The notes beneath the pieces are model-generated. The model did no database searches. It had not been told where the DNA came from and worked only from the letters and a program-made list of their open reading frames with translations. 64,000 nucleotides of DNA from the human T2T-CHM13v2.0 reference genome, Homo sapiens: the NCBI RefSeq assembly GCF_009914755.1, contig NC_060941.1, one strand, 5' to 3'. The translations under genes and the position numbers were made by a program. Shown piece by piece: positions 28,395 through 42,879 of this stretch; position 1 is the first letter of the stretch; each line of letters starts with the position of its first letter.

Positions 28395-28970
28395 GCAGCA
28401 GAGCTCAGAGTCAAGCCAGTTCTGTGAGTATGAATCCCGCCTCCACTGTTTATCATCCTTGGACAAATGCCTTAATTCCTCTGTGCCTCAGTTTCCTCAT
28501 CTGTCAAAATGGATATAATAATAGTATCTACCTATAAGTCCGTTCTGAGGGTGAAATCAATTAATATTTGTAATGCACTTGATATGGTTTGGCTGTGTCC
28601 CCACGCAAATCTCAATTTGAATTGTATCTCCCAGAATTCCCAAGTGTTGTGGGAGGGACCCAGGGGGAGGTAATTGAATCATGGGGCCAGTCTTTCCCGT
28701 GCAATCTCATGATAGTGAATAAGTCTCACGTGATCTAATGGGTTTATCAGGGGTTTCCACTTTTGTCTCTTCCTCATTTTCTCTAGCCACCACCATGTAA
28801 GAAGTGCCTTTTGCCTCCCGCCATGATTCTGAGGCCTCCCCGGCCGTGTGGAACTGTAAGTCCAATTGAACCTCTTTTTCTTCCCAGGCTCTGGTATGTC
28901 TTTATCAGCAACGTGAAAACGAACTAATACAGCACTTCAAACAGTATCTGCAGTAAAATAAATGCTGTGT
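28395..28970 (+). mobile_element. MIR interrupted by THE1
   Basis: ctctgtgcctcagtttcctcatctgtcaaaatgg...aataatagtatctacc. Confidence 0.8.
28580..28931 (+). mobile_element. THE1A-like MaLR solo LTR
   Basis: tgatatggtttggctgtgtcccca...gaactaataca; 5 bp TSD gcact at 28575-28579 and 28932-28936. Confidence 0.96.
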
Positions 28971-31546
28971 TTGTGTGGGTTTAAAAACCTCCCTCGTCCC
29001 TCACAAACTCTAATCCAGGAACCCAACAGTCAACTGACAACAGACTTGGATGTGCCCTGGCTGACGTGAGCAGGACAGGCTGGACCTCACCCATTGCTCT
29101 GGTGCCCTGTTTCCCCAGGGCGCCACTGACGCCTCTCCAAGGCCCAGCCAGTCCTAGAGCACACGGTTTGAAAGCCACTGCTTATTCTAAGGACTGACCA
29201 TCTTCAGCTTTCTACTGGACACACACACGCCTGCCCATGGCAAGAAGTCTTTTATGGAAAGCCAAACGCATTCTCCTGGAAAGGCCACATGGAGCACTCC
29301 AGGCTCCCTCTCCAGGTGTCCCCCCACCCCCTGTGTCTGGCGGCAAATGGCTAATGACAGATGGGCAGCCGGAGGAGGCCTGAGGTTTTCATGGAGGCTC
29401 ACACTCACCCCCCCAGCGCATCACCACCGGGAGAACACTGCAGCCAAGCAGCCTAATGGAAACAGACAGCAGCAACCACACAGCCCTTAGGGAAGAAGGA
29501 GTTTTCTTAAGGAAAAAAAAATCACTAAGCCCTCAGGCAACCTTATAACAACAAAAGACAAGAAACTAGTGAGCAAAGACCTCTCTCTACAATCACCAGC
29601 ACACCATAAGGTATTTCAGTATTGATGGAACGCCTACTATGTGCCAGGGATTAGACCAGGCACCGGAAATGCAAAGAAGAGACGGGAGCTTCCAGGCTTT
29701 CCAGAGTGGAAATCTACTAAGAAAGATGATACCAACTAACACTTATATTTTGTGATATGGATTATCTATGTTTGTGTATATTATATATAATGTATACATT
29801 AATATACAGAATACGCTCCATGTGCACACTGAGGCTGGGGGAGAAGGTGGCTCCCACCTCCCTGGGTTATCGGGGCAGGGGCGTCTGAGCTGGTGAGGAA
29901 GGAAATGGCCACAGGGTCATTTGCCAAAGGGTTAACTTGGAAAGAAAGCTGTTGGGTATGTCTGAGTATGAATGGCAACTCTGGTATTCTCTAGCTGTGC
30001 CATCTTGGACACCGAGGTTTTTATAGCTTTTTAAGGCATGCACACCACCAGGCAGGCAGATAATAAGTGATCAGTTAATCACCAAGGACAGAAAATGAGG
30101 AAGCCTGGCAGAGGTGGTATGTGAATGAGGCCACAGGGAGGTAGTTGGCTGTGCTCAAAGTCAGACGAGTAAGTGAGAGGAGCTCCCAGGAGTGCAGGGG
30201 TCGCGTGGCCTCGGGCCTGCATTTACACTGCTTTATCATCTCCATTGGCAAGATCTGAACCATCCTTCCTCCTCCTTCCTGTCTCTCTGGGGTGTCTGGA
30301 GGTACAGAAGAACCAAGTTGGGGGGCGGTGGTCAAGGGATGGGGAGAGGTTGAAGATCTTCGATTGCAGAAGGAAAGCCAGCTAGGAGGTAAAAGGATGA
30401 TTCTTTTCCTTGTGGAAGCCATGTATGGGCAATGGTTGAAGGCGTCTTTGGGTTTATCAGAAAATCCTAACAGAAAAGAAATGATTTACCAGGTAAGAAT
30501 ATGCAGATATTCTGAAATACTAAACGGAAATCCTAAAGCCCCATAATATGACACTTTCTTTGCCAGGCTCGGCTGACGTTAAAGCCTCGTGCTGTGACCA
30601 GGAGCCTGATGGGAAGGTTGTTTAGCTGGGCTCTCCTAATCCCAAGGCCACCCCAGAGCACAGGACGACGGGCCCCTCTTGGAACCAGGCAACCGGGGGA
30701 ACCCAGGCCTGCTCCTCGTGTCACCCCACTGGCTTCTGTGCTGTGGTGGGACTGTGGTTTTCAGAAAGTTACTTAAACCCAAGGTCTGAGATAAAGACAG
30801 CGATGGGAGCCTCAGTCATCCCATTCCAGGCTTCCGACATGGGACCTGTCAGTACCCCTGCACACCTGCTAGCCCAACAGACATGATTAACCAGGGAGGA
30901 AGGCAGGGAGGAAGAAGGTGGGGAGCAAAGCAAAAGAGGTCTGACCCTCCTCCCGAAAGTCTCAGAAACTCCAAACATGTGGTTAAACAGCCTCTTGAGG
31001 AGGAGTATCACTTTGCACACTATGGCATGTGTATAAAGGAGCAAAGAATAAACACATGCCTTGCCTCCAAGGGCTTACAGTCAAATGCAGAAACTCAGCA
31101 TAGCCCAACTCCACAGTGCACATATACAGGCTGTAGAATCATGCATGAAACCAAGACACGTGCAAGCAAAGTTTTACGAATGTACACAAGTCAAGGTTCA
31201 AGTTTATAACTGAGGAGGCGGAGATTGGGTATGCTAACTGCCTTAAATGTTTCAGAAAAAAAAAATAGGTAGAATTTCAAATTAATGTAGGCATCAGTTC
31301 AAGCTTAGGACTATTGGTTTCCAGTATCATTTAGTATACATTCAACTCTTTCTACCGGGCTGTTCAGAGATCCACATCGTCTGCCTCCAACTCTCATGGC
31401 TTGTAAGTTTCTAGCTGGGTTTGTATTACAAGAACTTGTAGGCCTATGTTTCTGTTTCTGTTAAGATGGGTGCCTCTTGAAGGCATGGTCCAGAACTAAG
31501 TATCTTTTTCTGTTGTGAGATGAATGTAAAACATTTCAGAGTTTCA

Positions 31547-31902
<356 letters not shown>

Positions 31903-32139
31903 TTAGTATAGGGATGGAGATTATTCCAGCATCTTGTATGTAGAAAGATGTAGAAGAGTCCAATTCTGCCAGGCCGTTTCCAATAAATAACGGGCAAAAC
32001 TTCACATCATGTGGTCAAGAGATTGTTGAGAGAACTGAAGGCTGTAACTTTGACCACTAAATGGCTTAGGAGCCTCAGATAGACACTTGCCTTATTTACA
32101 TCTTTACAAATTGTATACGTTGGATATTTGTACCTTGGG

Positions 32140-32142
<3 letters not shown>

Positions 32143-32189
<47 letters not shown>
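32143..32189 (+). repeat. (TG)n microsatellite
   Basis: About 23 uninterrupted TG units. Confidence 0.97.
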
Positions 32190-32190
<1 letters not shown>

Positions 32191-32827
32191 TATGGTTACG
32201 TAGGATCAGTGAAATATGGGTGCCCAACTTTGGGGTAAAGGAAAGCCTTGGGGTGGAAGCAAAGCCAAGCCTAAAACTCCCAGCCCAGCCATTATTCTCT
32301 AGACCTCAGGGCCTGCAAGATTCATACTGTCCTCCCAAAAAATGTCCTGGGCCTCTTGTGTAGACATTCATACCAACTAGGCCCTTCAACCAGAAGATAC
32401 TTAGAGAAGACTCCAAAGTTTCCAACCTCTAGGCATTTGAGAATTCATAACCAAAACCAGGCTCTCAGTTTAAAGCGATACTGTGATGAGTGACAAAACA
32501 CGTGAGCCTTTTGAGCCCATCTGCAGAAAGTGTCCACTTGACACGGTCACACAATGAGTAGCCTCTGAGGTGCCCGGGGCCACCTCTCACCCAGGCAACA
32601 GCAGAAGGAACTGGGGACTTATACTAACACCAAATCAGAACCTACTACTTTCAGACACTGCCAAGAAGCAGAAGACCGCAATTTATTGGTTAAGAAAAAT
32701 ACTGCCATAATTAATTATTCATCTCTGCCAATAACAATAACAACCAATAGTGAGAACACATGATCCTATTTGCATTTCTTTTCTCCATCTAAAATAAATT
32801 TACCAATAAAAATTTAAAAATAAATAA

Positions 32828-33263
<436 letters not shown>

Positions 33264-35367
33264 TCTACCTTTTTTACAAATGAAAAATAAAAATAAATAA
33301 ATACTCCATAATCCCACAGCTCTGAGCATGCTATAAGTCTGAGAGGTAAATAATCAGGTTTCAATGTTAAATGTCAATCCCCTTTCATCCTCCTTTCCCT
33401 AGAAGCAGCCAAGTATAAATCAGAGTCGCAGGGATGTAGGAATCCAAAATGCAGAACTTCCCAACAGCAGTTGGGGTTTAATTTGCCACACATCTCCCAC
33501 TCTGGAGGTATTAACTCAAATCCTGATGGGGCATCGATGGCGTGGCCGATGCTATGTTGGGAGCTAGGGCTTCGCCTCTGCCTGTGTGGTGTGTATTCCA
33601 GAGGGACACAGGTCAAAACAAGTAAACACAAACATTCAGTTATAAATCATGAAGTTTCTGCAAAGTAGAATGATATGGGGGTGGGAACAGCATCACAGCA
33701 ACTGCAAAGGCCCCTCCAAGAAAATGACATGAAGCAGATGCCTGACACAGATACAGTCAGCTGCATGAATGAACCTAGGGAGCTGCGTGCTGGCTGCACC
33801 CCAGGCAGAACTGGGGTGGACCCCAGCTCCAAAGCCGCACCGTAGAAAGTGGAAATTCTGAAAATGTTTTAAAAAAATAATTAGACTCGGGAGAACACAA
33901 GACCCATGAGGATACAGGCTGGGGAACACTCCTTTTTACAAACTGCAGGCATGACCTCGAGGTAAGGTGAGAAACACAGAGAGCCCTGGAGAGCAGTCCT
34001 TGTTCTAGCACCTTCCACCGAGCTCAGTAACACGACAGTACATTTTGAAGCAAAGGGAAAAATCATGAGATGTTGCCTTTACCAGATAACTCATCTTGCT
34101 AAGGCACCTTTACCCCTCGTGGTCTTGAGGGTTCTGGGAAGGCATTGATGAGGACCTCCAGTACGTCCACCCAGCATTTTATTATCATAAGTGCGAAGCT
34201 TGGTTACAATTTTACAAAATAAAATGAAGGCTTCCTGATTCCTAGTCCCTAGTTGGGATAATCTCCCCAAAGCAAGCCTGGAAAATCCCTGGGCGGCCAG
34301 GTCACTGGGGCTCAAAGTCCTCCTCCTCCCCGCCCCACCCACCCATGGAAAAGTACTGGCATCTCAGCGGCTGGGTTTCTTCCAGGAGGCCCTGCTGGGG
34401 ATGTGTCAGTGCCCCCAACCCGAAGCCCACAGGGAAATCTCACCCCACTGGGTTGAGCCCCAACCTCCCACTCTGGCCCCATTGGTTTCACACCCTTGAA
34501 CAATCCTGCCCAAATAACCTAGCAGCTAAGTGTGGCCAGGGGCCAGGAAAAAAGCCCTGAAAAGCAGTGAGCTCTTCAGATCCGAGAGCTCACAGCTTGG
34601 CTGGGACGCTGCCCACTGTGGAAAATGGAACGTGAAGATCTGGTACAGTGAGGGTGGTGGGGGAGGGAAGCCCTGACCCCACCCAGCCTGCGTAAGAGCA
34701 GAGGGTCAACTTCCCAGGGTATCTGGAAAGCTCTGGCAAGGGTGGGCAGAGGTGGGTGGCGATGGGGCCGGCGGACACACGGCCTCGTGCTTTTCATGCG
34801 ATGACACACCTGACTGGCCAGGCACACCTGGACGTCGGGGCAGGCCAAGCTTTCCAACAGTCACTCACTGTTCCTTGAGTGGAGAGGCCTGGCAGCCACG
34901 CTCCTCACAGACAGGGGGGTTTTTCTCCTTCTTGGTAGGCCACGCCTCCCCCGGGCACATACTGCCTCTGTCCGAGGGTTTCGTCCAAGCCCTGGGCTCT
35001 GACCACAAAAAGCGCCCTTTTCTTTGGCGGGCTCACCTCAGACGTGAGGTACCAGAGAGCCAAACCGTCTGCTAAAAGGACATCCCCAGCACATTTCTCC
35101 CTAGGCAGAGGGTCTGTGGCTGGCGGCCACAAACAGCACATCCTCCCTCCATCCTGGGGCCTTACAGAATTGCCCCTTGGTTCCTGCTATATTCATGGCA
35201 GAAGGACAGTAAACTAAAGGAGCTCTTGGCTTGCTCGGGGTGCTCCCGTCTGACCCAAAGCAAACTGGGTAAATCCCTGGTAAAAACCAAGTTGTTGAAC
35301 ACAGGGCTTCAGGTCTTGGCCCATTCGGTGTGGCCATTCCCACTCCAATGTCTCTGTGAAAATGCAA

Positions 35368-35370
35368 AAA

Positions 35371-35413
<43 letters not shown>

Positions 35414-35414
35414 A
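35368..35414 (+). repeat. (AAAT)n microsatellite
   Basis: Direct observation. Confidence 0.95.
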
Positions 35415-35552
35415 CACGAATGGCGACACCTTCCTCCAGCAGAGAGAGATTACGGCCTCCACCAAAACACTCAATGGGTTCCTGGCAGGGCTTCCACCCC
35501 AACTGTGGACACTAGATAGAGAGATGCTCTTCATGAGAGTCTTGAGGGTTCC

Positions 35553-35588
<36 letters not shown>

Positions 35589-36342
35589 GGGTTTTTTTTG
35601 GTTTTCTTTTTTTGGTCATACAAAACGTAGTTGTGAAAGGAAAAGAAAATGCCAGCCCTGTTTGACAGACATTAGATTTATGATCGTTTTTTAAGCCTCA
35701 AGTACGTCACAAGAATCGGCCCACCCACTGCACTGCCCTGATTGTAAACACGGCCAAGTGCCCATCCCTGCTCTTCCCCTATCGGACCTGGGCTCCTCCG
35801 CTTCTGAACAGCCCTTGTTTCCCTCTCCTGGTCTCTGGTGGGTTAAAAAGATGCCTGGCTGTATATATATGGAGAGCGTACACCATGGAGCTCTCTGAGC
35901 TAAAACCTCCAAGACAAACATAGCCCGCTCACGCCTTCCCCGTCTGCCGGCAGGCCGCAGATGTTAATAAACATGGTTGGGGTTTAGGGTTTGCCCACTG
36001 ATTCCTCCATCCATTTTACACTCGACAAGTCAGGAGAGCATTTTTTCCCCCTTCCCTTAACGTACAAACTCAGTAAACTGTTGTAAGGCTTGGCAACAAA
36101 CTTATGAATTTTGGCCTCCAGATGTGGCTGGAAATAAAAGTAAACACAGGGTGTGAGCAACTGCGTTTCAGGTTTGTGTCCTGTGAGGCTGAGTCTGCAA
36201 AAACCAGGGCTCAGAGAGACTCATTTGCCCTTTGCCATGAGACACCGGGAGATAGTTTTCCTAAAGGTAGGGATGCTGTTTGGTGCAGACAACAGATGTA
36301 GAGGTCCACTAGAAAATGTAGGTGAAGGTTTACAGTGCAGAA

Positions 36343-37541
36343 ATTTGGCCCCCTCTCCAGAGCACCATTCATAATCCATCCCTCTTGGCCAGGGTGGGTC
36401 ACAGTGTGTCCTACAGCAACTCTGGCTAGAACACAAGTCTATAGGAGGAAAGTGCTCAGATCAGAAAAAAACTGAAAAAGCCTTATCATGAGATCCATTT
36501 CTGGTACCATTCCTACGGAAGCAGGACAGAGATGTTCAAAAAGAAAGCAAAGGGTCAAGTGTAAACTGATAGGTCTACTTCAAACATGAATCAATAGGTT
36601 TTGTTTGATTTTACAGGTCGAAAGACTTGTGGGGCTTGAGGGCCTTTCAAATCAGAAGTCCAGCTTATCTATCCATAGCAAGAGGAAGGACAGAAAATAC
36701 CACGCACATCTGAGAAATGTACTGCGTATATAACTTGCAATTATAAGATCCATTTTTCATCTTGCAGATGAAGATTGGATCAGGTAAACTACTGATCCAA
36801 TGTCTGGAGATAAATTATTATTATCTTCTTTTCTGGGACTGAACAAAGATGGATTGTAAGGACCACTGTCCCCTTGTTAACATATATGCCCAGACTGTCA
36901 TTTTCCCCCTTGCTAAGAAGTCATTTCCACGGGGGGATCATCTTCAGTATGTGCAGTTGGTCAAGACTTCACAAATATTTCCTCTGAATTGTAACCAAGA
37001 AAACCTTCGCTTTATAAATTTTTGTTTTATTACTTTGCTAAAGCAAATACACACCAAAAAAAACACATGTGGTATTCCACTTCAGTCAAACACTATGCCT
37101 AGAGCTCTATCTCTTTTTTTTCTTCTAAAGAAAAATCACAAATGCCACCTTATAAAACAGTACATTTCAGATGCCCATGGTATTTTCTGTCCTCTTTCTT
37201 GCTATAAATAGATAAGCTGGACTTCCGATTTGAAAGGCCCTCAAGCCCCACAAGTCTTTTGACCTATACAATCAAATAAACCTCTTGGTTCATGTTTGAA
37301 GTAGACCTATCAGTTTACACTTGACCCTTTGCTTTCTTTTCTGAACATCTCTCTGTGTCTTGTTTCTGTAGGAATGATACGAGAAATGGATCTCATGATA
37401 GGACTTTTTTCAGTTTTTTTCTAATCTGAGCACTTTCCTCCTACAGTCTTATGTTCTAGCCAGAGTTGCCAGAGGACACACTGTGACCCCCCTGGCCAAG
37501 AGGGATGGATTATGAATGGTGCTCTGGAGAGGGGTCCAAAT
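36343..37541. repeat. Long inverted repeat: arms 36343-36730 and 37151-37541, spacer ~420 bp
   Basis: Manual alignment of the left arm to the reverse complement of the right arm: about 89% identity, longest perfect run 52 bp. Confidence 0.97.
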
Positions 37542-38604
37542 CAATTTTCACGCAGGTGAAAACTTGGAAAACTACTGGGAATTGTGGCTTTGGGGGGGTC
37601 TTTAGCTATATGCTTGCAACTTACCATGAAAAGAAAATGGTTTGGCTGTTATATGTATGGATTTTTCATCTTGTTTTGTGTTTTGAATGAAACTTTAAAG
37701 GGCATGTTAAAGGCTTTCACTTCTAGATAAGAAATCATAGAATCATCAAATTCTATCCTCAGAAAGACTCATGGAAGGTCAACTTTTAATTCTCTGACTC
37801 TGTACTTTGATGTAATTAGGGGCTACAAGCCCTTCAGTGAGCTGGCTCAGCTTGTAGAACTGAAATGTACTTTTCTATTTTTGGAATTAGGTGATGAGAT
37901 GTGAAGACTAGATGTAAAATGTAAAACATTTTAAGATGTTACATAAAAATCTGGATTCCTGGATGGTCTTGAAAAAATGAGAAGATCTGGCAATCCTGCA
38001 CCTGTGTTCCTACATAGAAGCAAATCACTAAAGCTGAGAAGCTGCTACCTCTTTAAGGAAGCGTGTGTGCTCTCCAGTGTACGACAATCCACATCATGCT
38101 AAAGCATTGGCCTTATTCATTCATTTGGCTCTTCTTCCTGAACCTTGTAGACATCTGAGTTTAGAATTCCTGGTTAAAAAAAAAAAACCGTCTTCACTTG
38201 AAGGTTCTTGTTTGATCTTTCTCATGTGAATATCAAAGATGGATATGAATATGCAACACAGCTTGGTAAAAAGAGCCTCACAGATAAAAGCGAATCTAAT
38301 ATCAATGATCAATACTCTTAGAATTTCCCAGTGCAAATCAGTAAAACTTTTTGGTGCTTTGACATGTTGAAGGTCCTAACCATAAAACAATTTGGTTGGA
38401 TGTGGCTTAGAGCTTTGCATTATAGATGTTACTTAACAATAGCAAAAAGGAAGCCAAGAAAGTATCCAAGAAACACATCTTACCTCCCAACACACGCACA
38501 TTTGAGTTACCACCATATGTGGGTCACAATACTAATGTGTTCTCAAGAGGCGTATAATCTTTCAAGGGGCTTACAATAGAGCAAAGGTGTGTTTGTTTAA
38601 CAGC

Positions 38605-40125
38605 ATGGGAACCAGTTTGAAGGGGCTCCCAGTGGCCAAATCTGGGACAATATGAGCACCAAAATAATTAAGCAAAGTAGTGATAGGTGAACCATTGACT
38701 AATTAGGAATTCATGAGCCCATACCAATAATGAACAGACATACAGACAAATAAATAGGGATACAAATAAAAAGGTCTCTTGCTAACAGTGGAATGCCAAG
38801 AGCCAAACAGTAAATATTGAGGGAGAACTGGAGTTGGAAAATCATTTACAACCATCATGGTGAAGACCTGATCAAGCAAGAATCATCACCAGATGCTAAA
38901 TCTGAAAGGCAGTCTTTGAGAATGAGAATCTTTGCATATCCTTAAAGTGTCTCTCCACTGATTGCTTATTAGCTACAAGGGAGGAAAAACACATTAATTG
39001 TACAGTGAGGAAATCAGACAACATCTTACATGGGTAATCAAAACTGACATCACCCATCAGAAAGAGATGGACATTGGGTACCTCCAGATGTGACATACTG
39101 AGAAAGATATCGCATCGCCTATGCAGCGTTGTAGCCAAGAATCCATAACTTCAATCTAATCAAAAGCAAACTTCAAACACAAATGGGGAATTTTCCATTT
39201 AAAAAAATGGAGGAGAAACTATAGTCTTCAAAAATATCCATTTCATCAAAATCAAAGAAAGGCTATAGAAATCTTCCAGATTAAGGAGGCTAATGACACA
39301 TGACAATTTAAAGCAATATCTGACTCTACATTGGATTTTGTTTTCAAACTTTAAGTTCTGGGCTACATGTGCAGAAAGTACAGGCTTGTTACATAGGTAT
39401 ACATGTGCCATGGTGGTTTGCTGCACCTATCAATCCATCGTCTAGGTTTTAAGCCCCACATGCATTCAATATTTGTCCTAATGCTCTCCCTCCCCTTGCC
39501 CCCCACCCCCGCAACAGGCCCCAGTGTGTGATGTTCCCTTCTCTGTGTTCATGTGTTCTCATCATTCAACTCCCACTTATGAGTGAGAACATGCAATATT
39601 TGGTTTTCTGTTCCTGTGTTAGTTTGCTGAGAACCATGGTTTCCAGCTTCATCCATGTCCCTGCAAAGGACATGAACTCATTCTTTTTTATGGCTGCATA
39701 GTATTCTATGGTGTATATGTGCCACATTTTCTTTATCCAGTCTAGACTGGACTCTGTACTGGAGAGAAATTGTGTCATAAAGGATAGCATTAGATCAACT
39801 GAGAAAACTGGAACACGGAAGGAGATTAGGTAAAATAATTGCATCAATGTAAATTTATAAAGGCGATAACAGAGTTACGGTTCTATAAGAGAATCGCTCT
39901 TCTTAGGAAATATACACCAATGTATTTAGAAGTAAAGGCCCATGTTGTAGGAGCTTACCCTCAAACCGTTTAGGAAAAAAACTGCAGAAAGAGATAAAGA
40001 AAGATAAATTGAAAAAGTGAATGGCGTACAATGTTAATAACAGGTGAATCTGGGTAAAGGGGTTATGAATGTTCTTTGTGATGTTTTGATAACGTTTAAA
40101 ATTATTTCCAAAGTAAAAGTTTAAA
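38605..40125 (+). mobile_element. L1MC-type 3' UTR fragment interrupted by L1PA
   Basis: accagtttgaaggggctcccagtggccaaatctgggacaat; ttaggaaatatacac; ggtgaatctgggtaaagggg. Confidence 0.8.
39336..39744 (-). mobile_element. L1PA (PA8-like) 5'-truncated 3' end
   Basis: ORF2 C-terminus remnant WIKKMWHIYT..YYAAIKKNEFMSFAGTWMKLE; 3' UTR tctaggttttaagccccacatgca. Confidence 0.93.
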
Positions 40126-41038
40126 AAAAAAAGTGTGTGCACGCGCACATATGTGTATAAAAGCAAGACAGCACATGAGCACACATTAAGTACAAATCTG
40201 TGGCACAAGCCACTCGGAGGTGAAGGAGGGAGTACCACTGATTAGAGAGGTCAGAAAGGTTGAACATGGGTCTGAGAGACAGGGCGCTCTTAAGAGTTGA
40301 AAGGGTTGGGCTTTTAACTCTAACAATAGGAACCAGCATCAAGCAACTGGAGCCTCCATGGCTGCCGGGGGAAAAAATACTGCACAGAATGGACTCTATA
40401 TGTCAAAAGGGAATTGATTTTAAGGCTAGAGAGACTGGGAGCCAGGGGTGGACCCAGGTACCAGGTCAAGGAGCTCACTTTCAGGATACAGTCTGGTGTG
40501 GAAGCAGAAAACCTCTTAGCAGGAGGCAACATATGCATAACCTACAGGTATGTAGGCTAGACTGCAGTGACAGGCAATCGGGAACCGCTGCAAAAGTCTG
40601 GGTGGGTGGTCACCAAATATCAGCCATAAATTCCTGAGAGGCCACAGCACTGACATTAGGGTCCCACAAGACCCAAGGCACATTAAGCATTGTTGGAAGA
40701 TTGAATATGTAATTTCTTACACAAACATGTTGTATTTTCCAACTCCTACAGACCACTATTTTCCAAATATTCACTAGATAAAATATTAAATCATTAGTCA
40801 ATAGGAGCCTGTGAAACAATGTAGTACTAAACAGGTCTTCAACGTTCAAAAGAGTGAGCAGCTCTGGAGATGAGGTCTCAGCCTCCTGGCCAGGGCATTG
40901 CCATGGAGATCTGTCCAGGTAGGAGAACAATGCCTTTGGTTCACTTAGAACACACCTAAAGATGGCAGCATGTAATGTACTCTGAGAAAGTACAGAGAGG
41001 AACAAGGTAAAGCTCTTATTTTTAAAAAGCTAGTGTTA

Positions 41039-41329
<291 letters not shown>

Positions 41330-42879
41330 AAAAGCTAGTGTTACAGGTAAGGCATTTAAATCATGGTGACAAGCTGAGTAAGAGCAAAAAGGTAAAGGAA
41401 TAAAAACAGAGTTTAATGTTGACATCCAGACACATTATTTTACCCTAATGAGAAAGGCAGGAGCCTAGAGCAGAGCCCAGCCTGGAAACGAGGACAGGGG
41501 TATGCTGGACTTCAAGGATCATGGACTTGAAGTGAACGTACAGGGGGCCACACAGAGCTGACACTTGGAGAAATCTCAAGGGCTCAGATGCAAGGTTGGG
41601 AGTGATTTTTATGAGGGGTGTGGTCAAAACCACGGCAGGAGATTGGACTTCAGAGCAGAGGCCAAGAGCCCAAGCTCATCCCTGTTTAGAGAGCAGGAGG
41701 TGGGATCTGCAGGAGCCTGTGGGTAGTCAGTACTGAACCATCAGGAGCTGAGCAACCACAGGGAAGAAGGACCAAGGAAGGGCAACTAGATCTGATGAGG
41801 TTTGCAGGGTACCAAACCACAGGGTCATAAAAGCTGGACTTGGATTTCCAAGAAGAAGGAATAGGTGAGTGGTTAATATAAGATAGAGGATTCCCAGAAA
41901 TCCCGACCTCTCTGTAGAAGGAAGGAAAATATTAAAGGGCAGTGCCCAAGATAAGTTTAAAGCTAATAAAGGCCCTTATAGAGGATCACAGACAGAGGGT
42001 CAGAGAGAAGAGAGGGAGTAATGATTCATATCAATTCTCAGTTGCACCCACAATTCTCTGGGCTCAGCTGGGGAGAGAATCACAACCCAAGACTTGGGCA
42101 AGAACTAAGCAGCAACTGCTTGGGAGGGATGGGGTCGGGGAGTGTGAGCAAAATCAATGTCAGAAATTGTCTGAAAAGAGTCAAGGTGAGGAGGAGGCAC
42201 AAACAAACTGGAGAGGCTGTGCTCCTCAGTGACCTCATCTCTATTTGTGATTTGGGGAGTAAGGGGTTAAGAGGGATCAGGGAAAGTCAGCACAGAAGTC
42301 GCTAGAGGAGGAAGGCAGGAAGAGCCTGCACTTCATGGAGAAGGGCAGGGAGGAGGCTACCAGCCAGGTAATGTGCCCTGAGAGAGGTATTTTTATTCCA
42401 GTCTGAGCCCCGTCCCTTGTCCTCACCCCATTCTATCTGCATATCATTTACCTGTGTTTAGTTAGAAACCATGGTAATGAGGAAGCCTGAAGAAATGATT
42501 GAAATATTAGGAGGATACCAGGCCACCACGAGGCCACACTTCTGTTTTCTGGGGAACCAGATCCCTTAGGAACAAAGGGTGAGATGACAGGTAGCCCGCA
42601 GCAGTCTGTTCCAACAACCGGATTTGCCCTTTATGGGACAAATGAGCTGCCTGTGGTAAAACAGGGGACTAGAGATAACTGAAGCCTAGATTCCCAATGC
42701 TGCACCGGCTCTGGGGCTCTTGGAGCCCCTCCTGCCAGGTCTCACAGTCCTGCGCATCCTACAAGCGGGAAGCAAAGAAGTTCATCCACAAATGCAGGAG
42801 GAACCTGACCTAGACTCTGCTGCTGCTCTTGGATCTGACTGAGTGATTCTGCATTCTTCTCCCCATCCATCCCCAGTGC

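Noticed and set aside
34740-35100. Possible CpG island
   Set aside because: Only modest CpG retention over a short span; does not look like a canonical island.
36343-37541. DNA transposon with long TIRs as the explanation of the inverted repeat
   Set aside because: No TSD at the outer ends, termini match no TIR I know, and the spacer has no transposase remnant; a Dfam search is still needed to exclude it fully.
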